From Squalus acanthias (taxonomy: Eukaryota): a DNA stretch of 64,000 bases. The notes under the pieces were generated by a model. That model saw nothing but the letters and a program-made list of their open reading frames with translations, was not told the DNA's origin and ran no database searches. The stretch is taken from contig CM059432.1 in NCBI GenBank assembly GCA_030390025.1, positions 24,678,001-24,742,000 on the forward strand, given 5' to 3'. Below are positions 58,051 through 64,000 of the stretch, in pieces. Numbering within the stretch: position 1 is the first letter of the stretch; each line of letters opens with the position of its first letter. The position numbers and the translations under genes were made by a program.

Positions 58051-60588
58051 ATCTGTAGTATAACAATACGACTGAAGGCAATCTCTAAATGAGAGAAATA
58101 AATGACAGAAACCATTGAGAAGCACGTGGAATTCAGTAAGCAGACTTTCTTTTTCCTTTTCTCTTTCTCTTTCTCTCTCTCTCTATACATTTAGAACTCT
58201 CTCTTCTATTATGGTATTCATTAATGAGAAGCCTTGCAGCTTTAGTCCCAGAGACATTTCCTTACTGTTTGGCTTCCGTACATTTTGCTCTACAAAGTTA
58301 CTCAAGCATGTTTGTGGAAGTGTTGCTTCTGGAGGCTGTTTTCAAATGGCTTCTAGTTTTCTGATCCATTACCTTGTAAAATCTCTTCTCCCATCAAACA
58401 ATCTAATTTATTTAGCCCTATTAACACCAAAGCACTCTAGAGTTAAATGAAATGTTTAATTCAAGCATGGAAATAAAATATGGATGGTTTTTATATATCA
58501 GAATGCATTAACCTCTGTAACATTCAGTCTCCTTTCACTCCCAGCACACCAAGGTACTGGATAGAATTTATAATGTTCCACTGAAAAGGGAGATGTATTT
58601 ATTTGAATTATCATGAAAACCTAAAATGCTATAAAAAGCATCTTTGGTTTAGATAAAAATAGATATTGTCATCGACCTGGAACGTTAACCCTACCTCTCT
58701 CTCCACAGATAGATCCAGAAATTTACTTCAAATCAAACCATGAGAGAAGGATAAGGAGACATGGAGTCAAACTAGTAAGAGGCAAATCTAGGACTGATGT
58801 CAGGGAGCTCTTCACTCAAAGGGTGATCACTACACAGAACTGGATTCTGGATAGGGTAGTGGAGGTGAAAACTTTGAAATCATGTAAGAAGCTGAGTGTT
58901 TCCAGCATTTTCTGTTTATATTTCAGATTTCCAGTTTTCTGTGGTTTAGATGGGATCACATGATCGGGTAGAATGGCCTTTTCTCATCCTATCATATCTG
59001 TCAAGCACTTCCACCCTGAAAGACAGTTTCCCTCTCCAATAACAGCATCCAATACTCTCTTAAAGGATGCCAGGGCACTCGATCTGGGACTTCACTCCAC
59101 ATGTTGATAGCAGAGGGCCCCCGTGATAAAGTCGATTGTTGAGATCGTTAAACATATCATCGGATCTGCTTGGGGCCCTGTGCAATTGCACAGGTTGCAC
59201 GGTCCTAACGCTGCTCCTGCATGTTGATCACGCTACACGAAAAGGAACTTCCTGGCATCGATCTCAAATTTGCCTTATTCAAGTTGAAGCCTTCCTCTTG
59301 TGCTTCTGTCACAGGAGAAACTTTTCCTGTACTTTTACCACGTCATATTTCTCTATGAGGTTCCTTCTTGGTTGCCTCTTCTCAAGAGTGAAAAGCCTAT
59401 GGCCTAGAAATTGGATTGTTCTGCGCCCATTTTACAGGCTTAAAATGGGCACTAAAGCATTCAATATGTCATGCAGCCTGCATGCGTTCATTCCGTGCTG
59501 AATGAGGCAGGCCGCCATATTGGTTTGGAGGATGAGGAGTCCAGGGTGTGTGTCTGAAACTGGTGTTAGGCCCATGCACATGCAAATTGGGGGCATAACG
59601 CCTGTTTCAGGTCCCTTTACCAAATTGGATTGCAAATGACAACAACATGTCAAATTTAAAATCGGGCAACACGTCTCCAACACTCGCCTGACGCCATATG
59701 TATGGTGGTGGCTAGCGAGGCATGTGCATGTCCCGTCTTGGATATGAGGAACACTTCATTATCATATTTAAATCAGGCTCCCACTGTGCAATTGGAAGCC
59801 TGATTTAAATTTAACTGCTGCTGGCCTTGTTTCCCAGGACTCGGAAAACCCAGAAGTGAAATGGAGGTGAGAGATGTTGGTTCCGACAGGTTGTGGGCCA
59901 GGAAGAGCAGGAGTTCTCCCCCAGGCCCATCAAAGAAGCCTTCAGCCTCTCTTCTCCCATTTGCGGCCTCTCCTCGAAGCCGCGATCGGTGACCTCCGCC
60001 TCGCCCCCACCCCCGCACCTCCAGCCCCGATCTCTCCCTCGCCGTTGCCGGGGATTGTCCCCAGCCGTCCCCGGCTGCAGCCTCCAGCCGTTGGTTTTCT
60101 CGCCCGGCAACCAGCCAGCCTGCATGAAAGACATCCCTCCAGAAAGAACATACTGCCCCCCTTCATCATGGCACCCAATTGTTTCTTACATGATTTCAAA
60201 GTTTTCACCTCCACTACCCTATCCAGAATCCAGTTCTGTGTAGTGATCACCCTTTGAGTGAAGAGCTCCCTGACATCAGTCCTAGATTTGCCTCTTACTA
60301 GTTTGACTCCATGTCCCCTTATCCTCCTCTCATGGTTTGATTTGAAGTAAATTTCTGGATCTATCTATTCCATATAGAGGTGTTTGTTCTCATACACCTC
60401 TATAAGGCCACCTTTCAGTTACCTCCTTTCAAAGCTGAAGAGCCCAAGTTTTCCCATCTCTCCTCATAACCCAGTCCTCTAATGATAGGGAGCCCTCTGG
60501 CTCTTTGAATGTTTCACATGCATCTCGATGATAGCACTCAAGGTGTGTAGATGCACTGGGTGCAGTAGAATCAATGATAGGACTGATT

Positions 60589-62171
60589 GGGCTGGATTTT
60601 GTGAATGGAGGCAAGTTGGAGGTGTCAATGTCGTGTCAATGTCCCACCTCCATCCTCGCCTGACCAACCAGAGGGATTTTCCCCTGATTGACCTTGTTAA
60701 GCCCGCCCTGCGGGCTCAGCAGGCCAATTAGGGAGGAAGTCACTGACAGATCACGTCAACGTCAGACGTGCTATCTGTCAAGACTTCTTCAAAGAAAAAA
60801 TGTCAGCATTTGACAGCTCTGTGAAGCTGTCAAACACTGACATTCTCTTTAGTTTGATGAGGCTTTGGGGTAAAAATTCAGTTGGTTGCGCCTCCCGTTA
60901 GCGCCTTAAGAGGGCGCTAATGGGGCGCAAAGCCGCTAACGCCCGGGCGCAGCGATGTTTGCGCCGCTCGGGAACTTAACTAGAGATTGTGCGGCGGCGC
61001 TAAACTTTACCGCTGCGACCACCTGCGCGCGCAGATTGTGACATCATTCCATGGTGCAACGGCCTTGTGGCGCCCCGGAGCGGAAATTGAGTGGCGCCCC
61101 CTGCCTTACCGCCTGGCGCATCCAACGACCGGAAGACTGGAAAGCTATCAATCGCTGTGGGGCTGGGGGGGGCGCTATTTAAAGGGGGCCTCTTCCTGTC
61201 TTTTTCTGTGGTTGACATTTTTGCACCACTCGTTCTGAGAGAGAGAGAGAGATTCGGAGAGAGAGAAAGAGAGACTTCTGCATTGACTCAACGCTGTGTG
61301 AGGTAGTTTTGCCTACTGATCCTAACAGTTGGCCCCCCCCCGCTTTAAGAACTGGCCGGCGCCAGTGTGTCTGTGTTCCCTCGCTAACTGACAGCACCTG
61401 CGCTGCGCTCGCGCGCTGAGTTAGCGCCTCACTGCTCGGCCTTTGCGCCTTAAGACAGGTGTGCAGCACCTGATTTAGCGCTCCACTCACCTCCCGGGGC
61501 GGTAAAAGTGAAGTTTCCAGTCAGTGGCGATAATTAGCGCCAGGCGCTAATATTTGCGTCCAGACGATATTTGCGCCCCAAATGGGGCGCGACCTAATTT
61601 TTCCCCCTTTGTGTTCAGGACTCATCAAAACTTTCTAATTTGTAAATTTCACATGGCTTTTCGAACGGAGGTTCCAACAGCCAGTCTGTGAAATTGACAA
61701 GCAGGATGTCGGCTCTCCCGATCCACCACGGCTAAAGGCTGTAGAAAGAAAACAAGGTAAGTGAACACTTTTTTAAACTTATCACTCACCTTGCATACTG
61801 ACCAGTCCACACTTGCACCCATCACTCACCTCTACACCTTACTTCCAAGTGCCTCCGACCGGCGCAGCCCTCCTCCACGTCTCCTCCAACCCGGCGGGGT
61901 TCTCCGAGGTCGGGATGCCTTCACCTGTGAAGGTAAAATGGCACTAATCCTTTTTTCTGCCTGTTAACTACCTGTTAACAGGCAGTTAAAAGGATTAAAT
62001 GCCTTTCCCGCCTCCAGGAGACGGTACCCGAAGCTGCACATCTTCCCGCCTCCTGGCAAAAGGGCATGGAGGCGGGATGGGGGCGGCTTTGCCTTCCGCC
62101 CCCACTTTCTCCGAGTTTACCGGCTGTCCCGCCTCCATGCCCGCCTCCTCGGGGCTTGGAAAATCCAGCCC
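60589..62171. mobile_element. Harbinger-type MITE containing a nested MITE
   Basis: TIR GGGCTGGATTTT / AAAATCCAGCCC; flanks ATT and AAT. Confidence 0.7.
60867..61607. mobile_element. Nested CpG-rich Harbinger-type MITE
   Basis: TIR GGGGTAAAAATT / AATTTTTCCCCC; TSD TTT; repeated ttagcgcc / gggcgc subterminal motifs. Confidence 0.7.
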
Positions 62172-63054
62172 AATCTCTGAAAAGAGTGGGATTGATGTGC
62201 CTTTTCTTGAGGTTTTTTTGCTTTTATTAGCCTTAAATACAGAAAACGAAAGTAAGTACCGAGAGACAGATATCACTCTTTATAATATGGTAGTTTGGAT
62301 CAATATCTTTAAGAAGCTTCTAATAGACTTTAAAAAATTGGCCTTGAACTCGGATTGTCACAAGATAAAGGGGAGATGAATTTGGCAGCTGCGTCAGCTC
62401 CATTCTTAAAGATAGAAAATGTAATCAGTGATAATGATAATTGCTTTTGACTAATCATTTCTGGGAATGCTGCAGAGTAATTGTAGCCTCACCACCTGAG
62501 GTGAGACAGTAATTCCACAGTGAACGATGCTTAGGAATTTATACTTGTCACATCAAGATGTGCTCGAGGACCAAGAGGTATTCGCCCATCCATGACATGA
62601 AGTATACCATTCCGCTGGAGCAAATCGTCTTTAAAATAGAATTTGATTCACTCATTCTGAAGCCATCAAAAATGAAGTTGGCATTTTCCAAATAACATAG
62701 CTCTATCATGGGCTTTGAAAGTACGCTGTGCAATATTTGCCTGACAACGATTTTGTTAAAACAAGGAATACGTTGTGGTAACATCGTTATAAGATACTGC
62801 TTTCCTTTAACTATTAAAGGATTCTCAGAAGCTCAGTGCATTCGTAAGGAAGTATTTTGTCTATTATTTTAAAAGAAGTATTAACAAATAGGTTATTAAA
62901 GCGGCAGATAAAGGAATTTGATACGAACATATCAATTGTTTGTACACTATTATCTTTATGGTACAATTCCTATACTTTATCTTTAAGGGCATCTCTTTGC
63001 TACTGATTTGTGACTGTACATGCCACTCACTGGCCTCTAATTGCCGATTAAATT

Positions 63055-63380
63055 TTAATGTCAACACAAAGCCAGCTGCCCCATATGTTAACCTTAAAAA
63101 AGAAAAAACGTAAGAACCTGCATTTATATAGCATCTTATCACATCTCTCAGTGAGCGCTTTACACACAATGAATTACTTCAACGTGTTGTTATGTAGGCA
63201 AACATGGCAGCCATTTTGCTCACTGCAAGATCCCACACTAGCAAGGAGATGAATGACCAATTAATCTATTTTTGGTAGTATTTGTTGAAGGGACATTATC
63301 AGTCAGGATTCTGGCAGAACTTCCTGCTATTATTCCAATAGGGATCTTTAACATCCACCTGAGCCACTGAAACAGGCAGA
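63055..63380 (-). mobile_element. Old Deu-type SINE fragment
   Basis: gcatttatatagc tail, catggcagccattttg, gggatcttta.catccacctga. Confidence 0.65.
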
Positions 63381-64000
63381 CGTAGTTTTAAAAAGATTTA
63401 GGGAAGAAATTGGTCCACGTTACACCCGTTTTCTGGGCGTAAAACGGGAACAAAAAGGACCAATTTTGCGGGACTTACAAACAGCTGTAAAACGAAAGGT
63501 AAGTAGTTTTTCTTTATTTCATGTGGAGCCAGGAGGAGCAGGAGTGCTCCTCCCAGCTTCACAGCATTCCCGAGGGCCGCTGTCTACTCCCGTTCTCCTT
63601 TCCCCCCCTCGACACTTCCCTGAGGGTTGCTGTCTGTAAGACAGATGGTGCAATTTACATGGCTGGAAATGGGCGAGCTGGAAGCAGTTCGCCCGAATTA
63701 TTATAATACGGCCTGAGGCCCAATTTCAGGCACACCTCAGGCCTCCCGGTTGGGGGGGCGCACTACCTGCATGCCGTCAGTTATGCTCCCGAAAACTGGC
63801 CATAACGAATTTCGAGTCTCAATTTTCCCTTTGGACTGGCTGGCGACGATCTCACACAACTTGCCTGAGTTCAATTCAGATGACTTCACACCCGAGTTAG
63901 GCTACATGGTTTGCCTCGATGTGAAGGCGAAGCCACCTTACATTCATGTATTCTGTTTTCACGTGGCTGGTCTGTATTATGTTGTGGCTTATGTTCTGTT

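Noticed and set aside
58666..58692. Third hammerhead (gtcatcgacctggaacgttaac)
   Set aside because: CUGAUGA core missing and GAAA mutated; dead relic
60867..61607. CpG island / promoter
   Set aside because: Explained by a TIR- and TSD-bounded MITE
62545..62784. Possible minus-strand host exon
   Set aside because: No recognisable protein and no convincing splice-site pair

Overview
Repeat-dense vertebrate DNA. The repeat set (amniote-type CR1 with esterase ORF1, tRNA-headed Deu-type SINEs, Neptune-type Penelope, Harbinger MITEs) suggests a cartilaginous fish; this is inference. The centrepiece is a 14.8-kb LTR retroelement (13460-28222, TGTA...TACA, 4-bp TSD AGGA) inserted in a CR1 fragment. 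It encodes gag (one frameshift, overlapping PSAP/PPxY late domains, CCHC knuckle), joined in frame through a UGA-CUAG readthrough-type stop to an open pol (PR-RT-dead RNase H-active RNase H-IN plus a long acidic tail). Its open env combines an Ig-like domain with a furin-cleaved class I fusion protein, an architecture best matching lokiretroviruses. The ~1.7-kb 5' LTR carries a nested near-intact Penelope element with a minimal hammerhead ribozyme in each of two identical terminal repeats; the 3' LTR lacks ~1.4 kb. Elsewhere there is an orphan 18S/ITS1 rDNA fragment, two local templated insertions, Harbinger and Tigger-like relics, a G-rich minisatellite and one candidate host first coding exon. 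No host gene could be identified.
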